Shown one piece after another: positions 1 through 10,572 of a stretch of DNA of 64,000 nucleotides. A model generated the notes under the pieces. It had not been told where the DNA came from and searched no databases. It was given only the letters and a program-made list of their open reading frames with translations. The DNA is taken from assembly GCA_964291265.2 (NCBI GenBank), contig OZ219747.1:1824001-1888000 (forward strand), read 5' to 3'. Made by a program: the position numbers and the translations under genes. Each line of letters starts with the position of its first letter. Within the stretch, counting starts at the first letter, position 1. The stretch is from Alphaproteobacteria bacterium. Lineage in GTDB: Bacteria; Pseudomonadota; Alphaproteobacteria; SP197.

Positions 1-4
1 CCTC

Positions 5-451
5 ATGGAGGGTGCGGAACGCGACGACGATGCCGGTACTGCCGACCGCCCGACGCCGGTGGGACCTTGCGTGCTGCCGCAACCGCTGCGCAGCTATGCC
101 GGCGGCGACGCCCCCGGACTCGGATGGCGCGCAGTGGGCGGCGGCATCCGGCAGTTTCCTCTCAAGACGGACCCCACAGGCGCGACGGCGCGACTCCTGT
201 CGATTCCCGCCGGCAAAGGTGTTCCCGAACACGGCCATCGCGGGTTCGAGGCGACGCTGGTCCTCGCCGGGTCGTTCTATGACCGGGGCTCATGGTATCG
301 GCGCGGCGATGTCGCGGTCGCCGACCCTTCGGTGATGCACCGCCCCGTGGCAGGGCCCGAGGAGGACTGCATCTGTCTTGCGGTGGCCGATGCGCGGCTC
401 AGATTCAGGGCGCCGATCCCGCGTCTGCTGCAACCGTTTCACGGCATCTAG
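5..451 (+). CDS. chrR: ChrR-family anti-sigma factor, C-terminal cupin part (probably 5'-truncated by window edge)
   Basis: ARLLSIPAGKGVPEHGHRGFEATLVLAGSF...HRPVAGPEEDCICLAV matches the ChrR cupin pattern. Confidence 0.8.
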   Translation: MEGAERDDDAGTADRPTPVGPCVLPQPLRSYAGGDAPGLGWRAVGGGIRQFPLKTDPTGATARLLSIPAGKGVPEHGHRGFEATLVLAGSFYDRGSWYRRGDVAVADPSVMHRPVAGPEEDCICLAVADARLRFRAPIPRLLQPFHGI

Positions 452-479
452 CTCGAGCCCACGTGCTGTCGACGACGGT

Positions 480-953
480 CGAGATGCGAAGCCGCATCGT
501 TCGGCCCTCGGGGTTGCCTTTGCCAAGGAGGTGCTCCCCGAGCTTCTGGACGCGATAACGGGCGGGCCGGTTGCGGGGAGCGCGTTCGAGCATCATATTG
601 TGCGCTATATGACCGAGCACAAAGGCCTGACGCCGGCCATGCTGGAGGCGTCACTGCGCCGGACGAAGCCGGACCACTGGGAGGGTCTGATGGGCACGAT
701 CGCACAATCCTGGATAGAAGAGGGAAGAGCCGAGGGACTCAAGAGGGGAAGAGCCGAGGGTATCGAACGAGGCCGGAGCGAAGCCCTCGCGGAACTTCTT
801 CTTCGTCAACTGTCCTTGCGCTTCGGTGATGTGCCGGATGCGGTCCGCGAGCGGGTCCGCGGCGCGTCGTCCGCCGAACTGGTGGCCTGGGCGGATGCGG
901 TGCTGGTGGCCACGAGCCTTGATGATGTGCTGGCCGCCAGGCCTAGGCACTGA
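480..953 (+). pseudogene. Rpn/YhgA-family C-terminal fragment (DUF4351-like); internal ATG at 690 could give a standalone small protein
   Basis: LMGTIAQSWIEEGRAEGLKRGRAEGIERG repeats and LLLRQLSLRFG...WADAVLVATSLDDVL; no PD-(D/E)xK N-terminal domain present. Confidence 0.7.
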
Positions 954-1365
954 GCCCGTCGCGCCACGCGCACCGGCCTATCATGGTGCCCGGGCGAGAT
1001 GCTTGCCGTTGAGCCCCCTGCGGACGGGCAGGCCGCATGTGCTGCGCGCCCCTGCCCCCCTGTCGCGTCCGTCCCCGGCACACACAGGAGGGGTGAGCGA
1101 AACGGACGGCTGCGCAGGTTCTGATCGCAGGCAACCGGAACCATGCTCCATCGTCATCCGGTTCAGATCGTTTGACCTGCCAAAGTCGGACGACAGACCC
1201 GGATCGCATCCAGACCATGCCGAGGTTCCCTCTGATCTCAGCAGCAGTATCACGACAAGCAATTGATTGTGTTGGCAAAACGGTACGATGATGGCTTGAG
1301 AACATTGCCATGTAACGGTGAATTTTCCCTTGACACGGTGGGCTTACGCCCCCATATACGTTGCC

Positions 1366-3087
1366 ATGTACGTAGACATCGTCCCCAACCGTAACTCACC
1401 CCCCGCCGTCCTCCTGCGAGAGGGATGGCGCGAGAACGGCAAGGTCAAGAAGCGCACCATCGCCAATCTCTCCTCCTGGCCCATGGAAAAGGTCGAGACC
1501 CTGCGGCGGTTCTTGAAGAACGAACCCCTCGTCGGTCGTGACGACGCCTTCGACATCGTCCGCTCCCTCCCCCATGGGCATGTCGCCGCGGTGCTGGGAA
1601 CCCTGAAGAAGCTGGGACTGGACAGGTTGATCGACCCGAAGCCCTCGGCACGGCGCGATCAGGTCCTGGCCATGATCGTGGCACGCATCCTCGAGCCCGC
1701 CTCGAAGCTGGCCACGGCCAGGGGGCTGGCCGAGGCCACGGCGGTCAGCACCCTGGGCGAGGTCCTCGATGCGGAGATGGACGAGGACGCCCTCTACGGC
1801 GCCATGGACTGGCTCCTGGAGCGTCAGGAGAGGATCGAGCGGTCCCTGGCGAAGCGGCGCCTCGAAGAGGGCTGCCTGGTGCTCTATGACCTGACCTCGG
1901 TATGGATGGAGGGGAGAGCGTGTCCCCTGGCAAGGAGGGGTCATTCCCGGGATGGCAAGAAGGGCAAGCTGCAGATCGAGTTCGGCCTTCTGTGCGATCG
2001 GGACGGCTGTCCAGTGTCGGTGGAAGTGTTCCCCGGCAACACGGCGGACCCCGGGACGGTGGCATCACAGATCACCACGCTGCAGGAGCGCTTCTCCCTG
2101 GCGAAGGTGGTGCTGGTGGGAGACCGGGGGATGCTGACCGAGGCGCGCATACGCGAGGAGGTGAAGCCTGCGGGCCTGGACTGGATCAGCGCCTTGAGGG
2201 GACCGGCCATCCGCGCCCTTGTGGAGGCCGGCGACGTCGAGATGTCGCTCTTCGACGAGAGGGACCTGGTGGAGATCACCAGCGATGCGTATCCCGGCGA
2301 ACGCCTCATGGTCTGCCGCAACCCCCTGCTGGCCGAGGACCGGGCCCGCAAGCGCCAGGAGCTGCTCGAGGCCACCGAGGCCCTGCTTGAACCGATCGCC
2401 GCAGCGACACGGCGCGACAAGCGCCGTCTCAAGGGTGCCGACAAGATCGGGGAGAGGGTCGGCAAGGTCATCGGCAAGTACAAGATGGCGAAGCACTTCA
2501 CGTGGTCCATCGACGACGAGGGTGTCTTCACCTATGGGCGCGATGAGGCTGCCATCGCCGCCGAGGCCAGGCTCGACGGCCTCTACGTGATCCGCACCAG
2601 CCTGCCGCAGAGCGAGCTCGACGGTCCCGGCACGGTGCGCGCCTACAAGCGGCTGAGTTCGGTGGAACGGGCCTTCCGCAGCCTGAAGACCGTGGATCTG
2701 AAGGTCCGTCCCGTCTGTCACCGCACCGAACCCCGGGTCCGCGCCCATGTCTTCCTGTGCATGCTCGCCTACTACGTTGAATGGCACATGCGCCAGAAAC
2801 TGAAGCCCATGCTGTTCGACGACGAGGATGCCGAAGGCGCCGAGGCCCGCCGGCCGTCCGTCGTGGCGCCGGCAGAAGTCTCGGCGAGCGCCCGGGCCAA
2901 GGCGGCAACGAAGAGGACGCCCGGGGGTGATCCGGTGCACAGTTTCCGCACCCTCCTCGATGATCTCGCGACCATCACCCGCAACACCGTGGCGCCCCGC
3001 CTTGCGGGCGCCAAACCCTTCCAGGTCACCACGCGGCCCACGCCGCTCCAGAGAAGGGCGCTCAAGCTTCTGGGCGTGGAGCCGTAG
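1366..3087 (+). mobile_element. IS1634-family DDE transposase (intact ORF)
   Basis: MYVDIVPNRNSPPAVLLREGWRE start, LYDLTS, GHSRDGKKGK, LVGDRGML, VERAFRSLKTVDLKVRP, RVRAHVFLCMLAYYV; only weak end similarity (catgccgaggtt ~1216 vs aacttcgggctg ~3161). Confidence 0.9.
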
Positions 3088-3259
3088 TGTACTCAGTCAG
3101 ATGCTTCTGAGATCCATCGAATGTCATTCATATCAGGTACTTGCACTTGATCGGCGCTGCAACTTCGGGCTGAGGTAAACGCAATGTTGCGATGCCTCGG
3201 CAACCGACCCTGCCTGATGCCTCTCCGGGCGTGATCCGCCATCGCCAGGTTCGGCAGGG

Positions 3260-3383
3260 GACGACGTGCAGCCCCGTGGCATTTTCTGCATCAGCTGGAT
3301 GCTGCGCACCAGCGAGGGCGACGTCACCGCCATCGACGCCCTTGAGATCGTCCCCTTCCACGAGAGGCGATGGCTGATCGAAG
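3260..3383 (+). pseudogene. IS4/IS50-like transposase fragment, cut by a MITE
   Basis: ISWMLRTSEG...DALEIVPFHERRWLIE resembles the W-LLT...Y-RRW-IE region of IS4-family transposases. Confidence 0.55.
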
Positions 3384-3505
3384 GTCAGCGTTCGGTCACG
3401 GTGCAGCGAGGCATCTGGAACCGAGAGAATACGGGCGAGACCCGGGACATGTGCGCGGTTGCCATCGTCATCCTCATCATCGTCACCCTGTGAGCGAACG
3501 CTTGC
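3384..3505. mobile_element. IS66-related MITE copy 1
   Basis: Ends GTCAGCGTTCGGTCACG ... GTGAGCGAACGCTTGC; interior aligns with the copy at 49317. Confidence 0.75.
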
Positions 3506-3510
3506 GATGC

Positions 3511-6500
3511 TCAAGCTTCCCGGCGCCCTTCGACGAACATCACGAGCGCCGGCAGCATGAACAGCGTAAAGGCGCCGGCAGCGACAAGCCCGCCGAGCAT
3601 GCTGACGACGAACGGCACGAGAGCGATGAGTCCATCGCCGCGCTCGTAGAGAAGGGGCGAGAGCCCGAGCACGGTGGTGAGCGTGGTCAGGAACACGGCG
3701 CGGAACCGGTCGCGCGTGGCACCCACCGCAGCGGCAATGGCCGGGATCCCTTCATTGTCCCGGCGAATCACGTTGTAGCGATCGAGCAACACCAGAGCGT
3801 CGTTCACGACAACGCCTCCGACACCAACGATACCGAAGACCGATGTGGCGGTCAGATTCCAGCCGAGAATCCAGTGACCGAAGATGGCCCCGGCGCAGGC
3901 GATCGGAAGGCCGACAATCACCACAACGGGTTTCCAGTAGCTGCGCAGGAAGGCCGCCATCAGGCCGTAGATCACGAGCAGGACGATGGGAACGAGGGTT
4001 CCCATCGTGGCAAGCGTGGTGCGCTCGTCCCGGGCTCCTGCGTCGAGTGAGACCGAGAGCCCGGGATACCGCGCCATCAAGTCGGGAAGGAAACTCTCGG
4101 CGATGAACCGCCGCGCCTGAATGGGCGTGATCCTGCCGATGTCCGCCCGGGCGTTGACGAGCGCCGCCCGGCGACCGTCGATCCGGGTCAGCGAGGCAAG
4201 TTCCCGCTGTTCCGTGATGTGTGCCGCGATGGACAGGGGCATGTTGCCTCCGCCAGGGATCGCAATCCGCTCGCTCGCGAGCTCCCGCAGGCTTTGCCGC
4301 CGTTCGGCCGGATATCGGACAACGACCCTGATTTCATCGCGGCCGCGTTGAATTCTCTGGACTTCAAGGCCAAGAAGATTGGCGCGCAACTGCCTGCCGA
4401 TCATCGCCGGCGTCAGCCCGGCGGCTTCACCGGCTGGGGTCAGCTGGATTTCGAGATGCCGCTTGCCGGTCGCGAGGCTGTCCGAAACCTCGTAGAGACC
4501 CGGGATCCCGGCCATGAAGGCCCTGAGTTCACCGGCTGCCTTGTGCAGGTCTTGCGGATCGTCGTGAAGGAGCGCATAGGCGACCGATGGCTGGGTCTGG
4601 ATTCGTGATGTCTCGACGGACACCGATTCCAGACCTGTGACGTGGCCGACGGCCTCGCGCCACACCCGCGCGATGACCTCCGGCGACGCTTCGCGAAACG
4701 GTCGTTCATGGAGATGCAGCCTGACCGATGCAAGGTGGCTCTTGCTCGCCTCGTGCTCGCTGGTCCGCGACAGACCGCCATCCCCCAGCCTTCCGACCAT
4801 GAGGCTGATCGATGCGATCGATGTTCCTTCGAGCTGATCGTTGATGTGCGAAGCGGCCGCAGCGAAGTGGCGGGCGGCGGCAACACTCGCCTCGAAGGGG
4901 GCTCCGGCCGGCAATCTGAGGTCCGCCTGTATGGAGTCGCTGAATGCGGCGTTCGGGTCGAGAACGACGACGCGCACCATTTCCGAACGTATCAGCGCGA
5001 GGGAAGCGATCACGAAAAGAAGGCCGAGAAGAAGGGTCAGGAAAACATGACGGATGGCCCACGAGGCCGCGGGCACCACGATCGCATCCCGCAAGTCGTT
5101 GATCCAGGCGCGTGCCCGATCCTGAATCTCGCGCAGAGGCGAAAGGCTCCAGCGTCCTTCATGCGAAAGATGCGAAGGAAGGACCCAGAACGCTTCGACG
5201 AGGGAGACGATGAGAACAAGAATGGCGACCCAGGGGATGACTTTCAGAACCTGGTAGTTTCCCGTCGTTACGTACATGAGCGGAAAGAGCGCCACGATGG
5301 TCGTGATCACGCCGACCGTCACCGGGCCGACCACGGCCCTGGCGCCTGCGATCGCCGCCTCGAGCGCGCTCCTTCCCCGTTCCCGTTCCGTCGCAATGCT
5401 CTCACCGACGACCACGGCATCGTCGACCACGATGCCGATCAACAGGAAGAGCGCGAAGACCGTTCCCATGTTGAGTGTCAGGTCCGCGACATTGAAGAAC
5501 ATCAGGGCGCCGACGAAGGAGAGGGGAATCCCGACCGTGATCCAGACTGCGACACGCAGATCGAAGGCGAGAACGAGACAGAAGAACACCAGGATCGCTC
5601 CGACGACGCCGTTGCGCACGATTTCCGAGAGCCTCTCGAAGGTCGGCTCCGCCCTGTCGTTCCAGATGTCCACATCGACACCCGCCGGAGGCCTGTAGTC
5701 CGCGAGCCATTCCTTGACGCTGTCCGAGATCACGGCCAGAGACTGCTCGTCGGTGGCCTCGACACGAACGAGTATCGACGGTCTCCCGTCAACCTCAAGC
5801 AGCAGCTCCTCATCGACAAAGCCGTCGCGAATTGTCGCAAGCTCGCCGAGCCTCAGGGTTGTGCCGTCGCGCCGGGTGATGATGGCGATGTCCTCGAACT
5901 CCTCGCCATGTCTGCGCTTGTCGACCGCATGGAGGACCACACCGCCGGCGCCGGTGCGCAGCTCGCCGAACGTGAGGTTGAGGGAAGACCGCCGCACCTT
6001 GCTTGCGACCTCGGCGAGAGACAGGTCGTTGCGGCGCAACTCCTCTTCATTCAGTTCAATGGCGACCTCCCGGTCGCGGGCGCCTCTCAGCCGGATCTGG
6101 GAGACGGCCGGCAGAGCCAGAAGATCGTCGCGAATGCCCTCCGTCACGTGACGCAATGCGTCCTCGGACAGAGTCGACGACGACACCGAGAGCGTCAGCA
6201 CCTCGGGCGTGAGTTCCTTGAGCTCGACCTCGGGCGGTTCGGCGCTCACGGGCGGAAAGTTCTCGATACCGTCGATTGCGTTTCGGACACTGTCCAGCAC
6301 GGCGGCTATATCGGCGAAGGTGTCGACCTCGACCTCGACCCGGGAGAGACCTTCCGACGCGACGCCCACCACCCGGGCCACACCCGGGAGTCCGACCACG
6401 CTTTCCTCGATGCGGCGATTGATGTCCTCCTCGACCTCCGCGGGAGAGGATCCCGGCGATGACACGGTGACGCTGATCGTGCGCAAGTCGATGTTCGGAA

Positions 6501-6615
6501 AGTACTGGACGGGAAGATCGAAACCCGCGAGGACGCCTCCCAGGATCAGGAACATCATCAGGACCGTGGAGGCGACCGGGTTGCCGGCAAAGTAGGCAAT
6601 GGCTCCGTTTTTCAC
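3511..6615 (-). CDS. RND efflux permease (AcrB/AcrD/AcrF family)
   Basis: 1034 aa, NPVAS start, GIVVDDAVVVGE, GVVVNDALVL, RFRAVFLTTLTTVLGLSPL. Confidence 0.95.
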   Translation of the reverse strand: MKNGAIAYFAGNPVASTVLMMFLILGGVLAGFDLPVQYFPNIDLRTISVTVSSPGSSPAEVEEDINRRIEESVVGLPGVARVVGVASEGLSRVEVEVDTFADIAAVLDSVRNAIDGIENFPPVSAEPPEVELKELTPEVLTLSVSSSTLSEDALRHVTEGIRDDLLALPAVSQIRLRGARDREVAIELNEEELRRNDLSLAEVASKVRRSSLNLTFGELRTGAGGVVLHAVDKRRHGEEFEDIAIITRRDGTTLRLGELATIRDGFVDEELLLEVDGRPSILVRVEATDEQSLAVISDSVKEWLADYRPPAGVDVDIWNDRAEPTFERLSEIVRNGVVGAILVFFCLVLAFDLRVAVWITVGIPLSFVGALMFFNVADLTLNMGTVFALFLLIGIVVDDAVVVGESIATERERGRSALEAAIAGARAVVGPVTVGVITTIVALFPLMYVTTGNYQVLKVIPWVAILVLIVSLVEAFWVLPSHLSHEGRWSLSPLREIQDRARAWINDLRDAIVVPAASWAIRHVFLTLLLGLLFVIASLALIRSEMVRVVVLDPNAAFSDSIQADLRLPAGAPFEASVAAARHFAAAASHINDQLEGTSIASISLMVGRLGDGGLSRTSEHEASKSHLASVRLHLHERPFREASPEVIARVWREAVGHVTGLESVSVETSRIQTQPSVAYALLHDDPQDLHKAAGELRAFMAGIPGLYEVSDSLATGKRHLEIQLTPAGEAAGLTPAMIGRQLRANLLGLEVQRIQRGRDEIRVVVRYPAERRQSLRELASERIAIPGGGNMPLSIAAHITEQRELASLTRIDGRRAALVNARADIGRITPIQARRFIAESFLPDLMARYPGLSVSLDAGARDERTTLATMGTLVPIVLLVIYGLMAAFLRSYWKPVVVIVGLPIACAGAIFGHWILGWNLTATSVFGIVGVGGVVVNDALVLLDRYNVIRRDNEGIPAIAAAVGATRDRFRAVFLTTLTTVLGLSPLLYERGDGLIALVPFVVSMLGGLVAAGAFTLFMLPALVMFVEGRREA

Positions 6616-6659
6616 GACTGCTCCCCGCTATGGCGCATACCCTTCATCCCGGGTGGGTC

Positions 6660-7832
6660 CTAATCCGCAGCCGGTGCGGCTGAGACCTCGAGACCCTCTC
6701 GCGCATCCGGCAGGGGACCGACCACCACGCCTTCGCCCGCGTCGAACGCCTCGACGATCCAGCCGTCCGAGGTGCGCCCCACCGTGTCGGGAACCGTCGC
6801 TCGCAGAACGCCATCCCTGACGGTCCAGACCGCGCCGTGTTCCCGGGCGGCCGACTCAGGTAGCACATAGACATCGCCAAGCACGGGCCCCGTGATGGCA
6901 ACCTCGGCGAAGGCGCCCGGCAGCGGAAGGGAATCCTGCTGCGAGACCTCAGAGAACTCGAGAAACAGAGAAGCAAGACGAGTCCGGGGCGCCACCACCG
7001 ACGATACACGCACCACGGTGGCCCGGTGTGTGCCTGCGTCCGTGCGGATCGACGCGGATCGGCCAATCACGGGAGCGAGATCGTCCAGGACAGCCTGCTC
7101 GACCGGTGCGCGAACCTGCAGTGCGGAGGGCTGATAGACGACACCCAGAAGCGCGGCCGGCCCGACTGTTTCCTCGGGGCCTGCCAGGGCGCCGACATCG
7201 AGTTCCGACGACACCACCCGGCTCGCATAGGGTAGAGAGATGTTCGTGCGCGACAACCGGAGCTCCGCCAGCGCCAGAGCCGCCCGCGCCCCGCCGAGCA
7301 TGGCCTCCGCCGCGGCGACCGAAGGCGGATTCCGGACATGATCGGGGACATCCATCTCCGGGCCCTCCCGCTCGACAGACCTCGCGGCTTCCTCCGCCCG
7401 GGCCATCTCGGACCTCAGCCGGGCCTCGGCTTCCGAGACTGCCATGGCGGCGGCCTCGACTTCTATCATGAATTCGGCCGGATCGATTCTGACGAAGGTC
7501 TCATTGGCCGGAATCGATCCCCCGTCAATGAAGTCGGGGGACACCCACACCACCCGGCCGACGACATCGGACACCACTCCCACCTTTCTTCCCAGGGTCA
7601 CCGAACCTGTCAGATCGAACGTGAGGGCATGCTCGGTCGATACCGGCTGGATGACGTTCACGACGGGTGTGGCCCGCTCCGGCCCCGAGATGGTTTCGCG
7701 CGGGGCCCGATCGGGCGACCTGGCGAAATAGAGGGCCATCGCGACTACGGCAAGGATCACGGCCAGTTGAACGAGGCCAAGCCAGCGTGGCTTCCGGGAA
7801 CGGGCGGTGGATTTCGTGGAGTCCTGTGACAT
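6660..7832 (-). CDS. RND periplasmic adaptor (membrane fusion protein)
   Basis: N-terminal TM, VGRVVWVSPDF lipoyl half, coiled hairpin, LSRTNISLPY, PLPGAFAEV; directly upstream of permease. Confidence 0.9.
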   Translation of the reverse strand: MSQDSTKSTARSRKPRWLGLVQLAVILAVVAMALYFARSPDRAPRETISGPERATPVVNVIQPVSTEHALTFDLTGSVTLGRKVGVVSDVVGRVVWVSPDFIDGGSIPANETFVRIDPAEFMIEVEAAAMAVSEAEARLRSEMARAEEAARSVEREGPEMDVPDHVRNPPSVAAAEAMLGGARAALALAELRLSRTNISLPYASRVVSSELDVGALAGPEETVGPAALLGVVYQPSALQVRAPVEQAVLDDLAPVIGRSASIRTDAGTHRATVVRVSSVVAPRTRLASLFLEFSEVSQQDSLPLPGAFAEVAITGPVLGDVYVLPESAAREHGAVWTVRDGVLRATVPDTVGRTSDGWIVEAFDAGEGVVVGPLPDAREGLEVSAAPAAD

Positions 7833-8031
7833 CGCTCTTTCCGGTCTCAAGTTCAGCTGGTGCGCCACCGATTTGGCGAGGATACGGGCAGGCTTGCGCT
7901 ACGCGCCGACGACAACGCTTCATCGATCTGTGAATCCGGACGCTTCCGGGAGCTGTTCATCCCTGCCGCAGTACTCCGGCGAGCAACGGCGAACCGGTCG
8001 CAGACGGCTGACCCGGGAGCGCGGCGCTGCA

Positions 8032-10572
8032 TCAGGCGGCCTCCATCAGAGCATCGATATGCGCGGCGGTCCGCCTGGCCGTTTCCATCGCCAATACCTG
8101 AAGTTCGTCGATACTGCCGGCATCGCAGGCGCGTGCGATCATCGCCCGGCAGGAGTCATCGAGACCGCTCTCTTCCAGGTCGCCGTCGACCACCAGAGGG
8201 CGGACACCGTCCAGATTCAGCCACAACCGCGCCGCATCGACCAGGTCATCCGCCACGCTCGTGTCGACTGCCTTGAGCTCACCCGCCGCCTTGAAGACCT
8301 CGGAGACCCCCTCGGCCTTCAGAATCGGGGGATGCTCTTCGGCGGAGCGCAGGCGCAGCAGCAGGGTGGCCAGCAGGATGTCCGCGAGACCGCCGGGTCC
8401 GTTCAGGATGGAGGATAGTGACGGGTCGCCGGCTCCGGGCTGCGGGCGCTGGCCGGGGAGTTCGTGTACTGCGGCGTCCGCATGACGCATCAGGACGGTT
8501 CGCCTTGCACGGTGGAAGTGCCGCTCGAGTCCTGCCGCGCCTTCTCCCGTGACATGGACAAGCCGCGCGGACGCGACCTCCGCCAGGGTATCGGCGTCGC
8601 GCTTCTCGCCGGCCAGCGCCTCCAGCTGGGCACCGGCGTTGCCCCGCTGTCCGCATGGCGGGCGCATCGCGACCGATCGAAGAAGCAGGCTCTCCTCCGC
8701 CAGGTCGGCGAGAAGCGCGTTGAGCTTCCCGCACATCGCTGCGGCATGGTCATCCGGCGCGAACCTGCCATCTCCAGGCTCCGTTCCTTCGTAGAGGAGA
8801 AGGAGCTCGACATCCGACCTCATCGTCATGCGGCGGTCGCCGAGCCTGCCGAGCGCCGCGATGGCAACCCCGCTGGCGGCGACCGGGCCGTAGCGGCTCT
8901 TGAGGTCGTCGAGGACACTTCTTGCGACTGCAGAGATGGCCACCTCCGCCATGTTGGAAAGCGGCAGTCCGGCATCGACGGGGAGGATGTCCCCCCGCAT
9001 GGTTCTGACCCCCGCCTGAAACGCACAGGCGTTGCTCCAGAACTGCACGGACTCGACGACATCCTCGCTGGTTTCGACGCCGGAGAGGGCGAGTTCCGCG
9101 GTCATCTCCTCGCGGCCGAACTCGCGGGTATAGTATAGCCGCAGGAGGCCGCGCTGAGCGGCCAGCGCCACGTCGGGCTCCAGTCCGATGTTCTCCGGAA
9201 TGATCAGTTGCTGGAACTCCCGGCCTTCTATTCCATCGAGCAGGAGGGGCCGCCTTTCCATCCAGTCAGCAAGTCGGGGAGTGCTGCGAAACGTCTCGGC
9301 GATGACCGGGAGCGAAGCCGGCCGTTCCCGGTATGCACGGCTGCAAAGGGCACGCCAGTCCTCGCTGCCCATGTTCGGATAGAATCTGCTCCGCCATTCG
9401 TCGATCAGCGGGTCCATCTTCCGGAACCAGGCGGAAGGACGATGCGCAAGAAGGGCCATCGCCCGGTAGTCCGCCGGAAACCGTGGAGCGACTTCCTCGG
9501 GGTAGTCCTGCAGCAGCGGGTACGGTCGCGCCGGATGCTGGTGATGGTCGGAATGACGCTGGCTGCAAAACAGGAGGTAATCCATCGAATCGGAAAAACT
9601 CCAGGAATGGTGAGGTCTGACCTGTTCGTACCGCCCGTTCGGCAACCGGCAGCGTTGCAGCCCGTAGTGCTGCATGTAGTCGAGGACGCGCACCGTGTAC
9701 ATGCCGTGCAGAGCCTGGAGCACCCAGACGGCGAGACCCAGCCACCCGGCGATCGTCAGTGAGAGGCCGATCCAAAGGGCCAGTTTGGCCGCCCAGCGCC
9801 AACAGGGATTCGACAGGTGCCAGACCGGAAGGCCGCGGCGGGCCAGGCGTCCGCATTGAAGGCGCGCCGCCTCGACATAGCTGATCAGGCTGGTCTTGAG
9901 AAAGAAGTCGTGGAAGCTCTGTCCTTGCGCCGGGCGCGTGTAGTCCAGCGGCGTGGCCACATGGGGATGATGGACATAGAGATGTTCTGTGTACCAGTGC
10001 GGCATCGCTATCACGCTCATCAGAACGTCGCCCAGACGCCGCGTCCACTTGTCGCGCCGGTGCAGCATCTCATGGCCGACGCTGACACAAAAGACGGAGA
10101 CCTGGACCAGGATGGCAACCAAAGCGATCCGCTCGTAGACGGTCAGGCTCGGCGAGTTGGCGACCGACCAGATCGTCAGGATGACCACCGACGGATAGGA
10201 GAGCATCCACGCCCACAAGACAGCCGTGTGCCAGAACAGCCGCGAGCGCGGCGTGTGCGTGTCGAGCACCGGGACGCCGCGCTTCACCAGCAGGCCGGTG
10301 AGCGTCATGTACGGCAGCAGGGGAAGCACGACCCAGGGAATGACCCAGGGGATGAACTCGGGCACCGCGTCGAGGGCCATTGCCGCCAGGACCGGCACGA
10401 TGAGCAGCGACCATGCGAACGGAAGAGCGCCGAAGAAGCCGACACTCCTTGCACCGGGACCGTTCAGGGCCGGCGTCCGGACCGTGCGTTCGCCTGACTG
10501 CGATGCAGTCACCGGCAGGCCATGCCCCATGTCCTGGGCTGCCGCCCGTGCCGGCGGCACGGCTTCAAGCAT
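8032..10572 (-). CDS. AlkB-like alkane 1-monooxygenase / desaturase domain fused to a degenerate GlnE-type nucleotidyltransferase domain
   Basis: His boxes HEMLH, EHLYVHH, DYMQHYGL, QRHSDHH after TM helices; C-terminal ALGRLGDRRMTMRSDVELLLLY and GGLADI resemble GlnE; start uncertain (10572 or 10530). Confidence 0.85.
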   Translation of the reverse strand: MLEAVPPARAAAQDMGHGLPVTASQSGERTVRTPALNGPGARSVGFFGALPFAWSLLIVPVLAAMALDAVPEFIPWVIPWVVLPLLPYMTLTGLLVKRGVPVLDTHTPRSRLFWHTAVLWAWMLSYPSVVILTIWSVANSPSLTVYERIALVAILVQVSVFCVSVGHEMLHRRDKWTRRLGDVLMSVIAMPHWYTEHLYVHHPHVATPLDYTRPAQGQSFHDFFLKTSLISYVEAARLQCGRLARRGLPVWHLSNPCWRWAAKLALWIGLSLTIAGWLGLAVWVLQALHGMYTVRVLDYMQHYGLQRCRLPNGRYEQVRPHHSWSFSDSMDYLLFCSQRHSDHHQHPARPYPLLQDYPEEVAPRFPADYRAMALLAHRPSAWFRKMDPLIDEWRSRFYPNMGSEDWRALCSRAYRERPASLPVIAETFRSTPRLADWMERRPLLLDGIEGREFQQLIIPENIGLEPDVALAAQRGLLRLYYTREFGREEMTAELALSGVETSEDVVESVQFWSNACAFQAGVRTMRGDILPVDAGLPLSNMAEVAISAVARSVLDDLKSRYGPVAASGVAIAALGRLGDRRMTMRSDVELLLLYEGTEPGDGRFAPDDHAAAMCGKLNALLADLAEESLLLRSVAMRPPCGQRGNAGAQLEALAGEKRDADTLAEVASARLVHVTGEGAAGLERHFHRARRTVLMRHADAAVHELPGQRPQPGAGDPSLSSILNGPGGLADILLATLLLRLRSAEEHPPILKAEGVSEVFKAAGELKAVDTSVADDLVDAARLWLNLDGVRPLVVDGDLEESGLDDSCRAMIARACDAGSIDELQVLAMETARRTAAHIDALMEAA

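Noticed and set aside
1200-3180. Exact IS1634 termini and TSD
   Set aside because: Only a 9/12 inverted match and no clear duplication, so ends are not called.
4642-6462. Long antisense ORFs (e.g. 4642-6462, 17464-19014, 27061-29076, 43854-45326)
   Set aside because: Shadow frames of well-supported genes on the opposite strand; expected in high-GC DNA.
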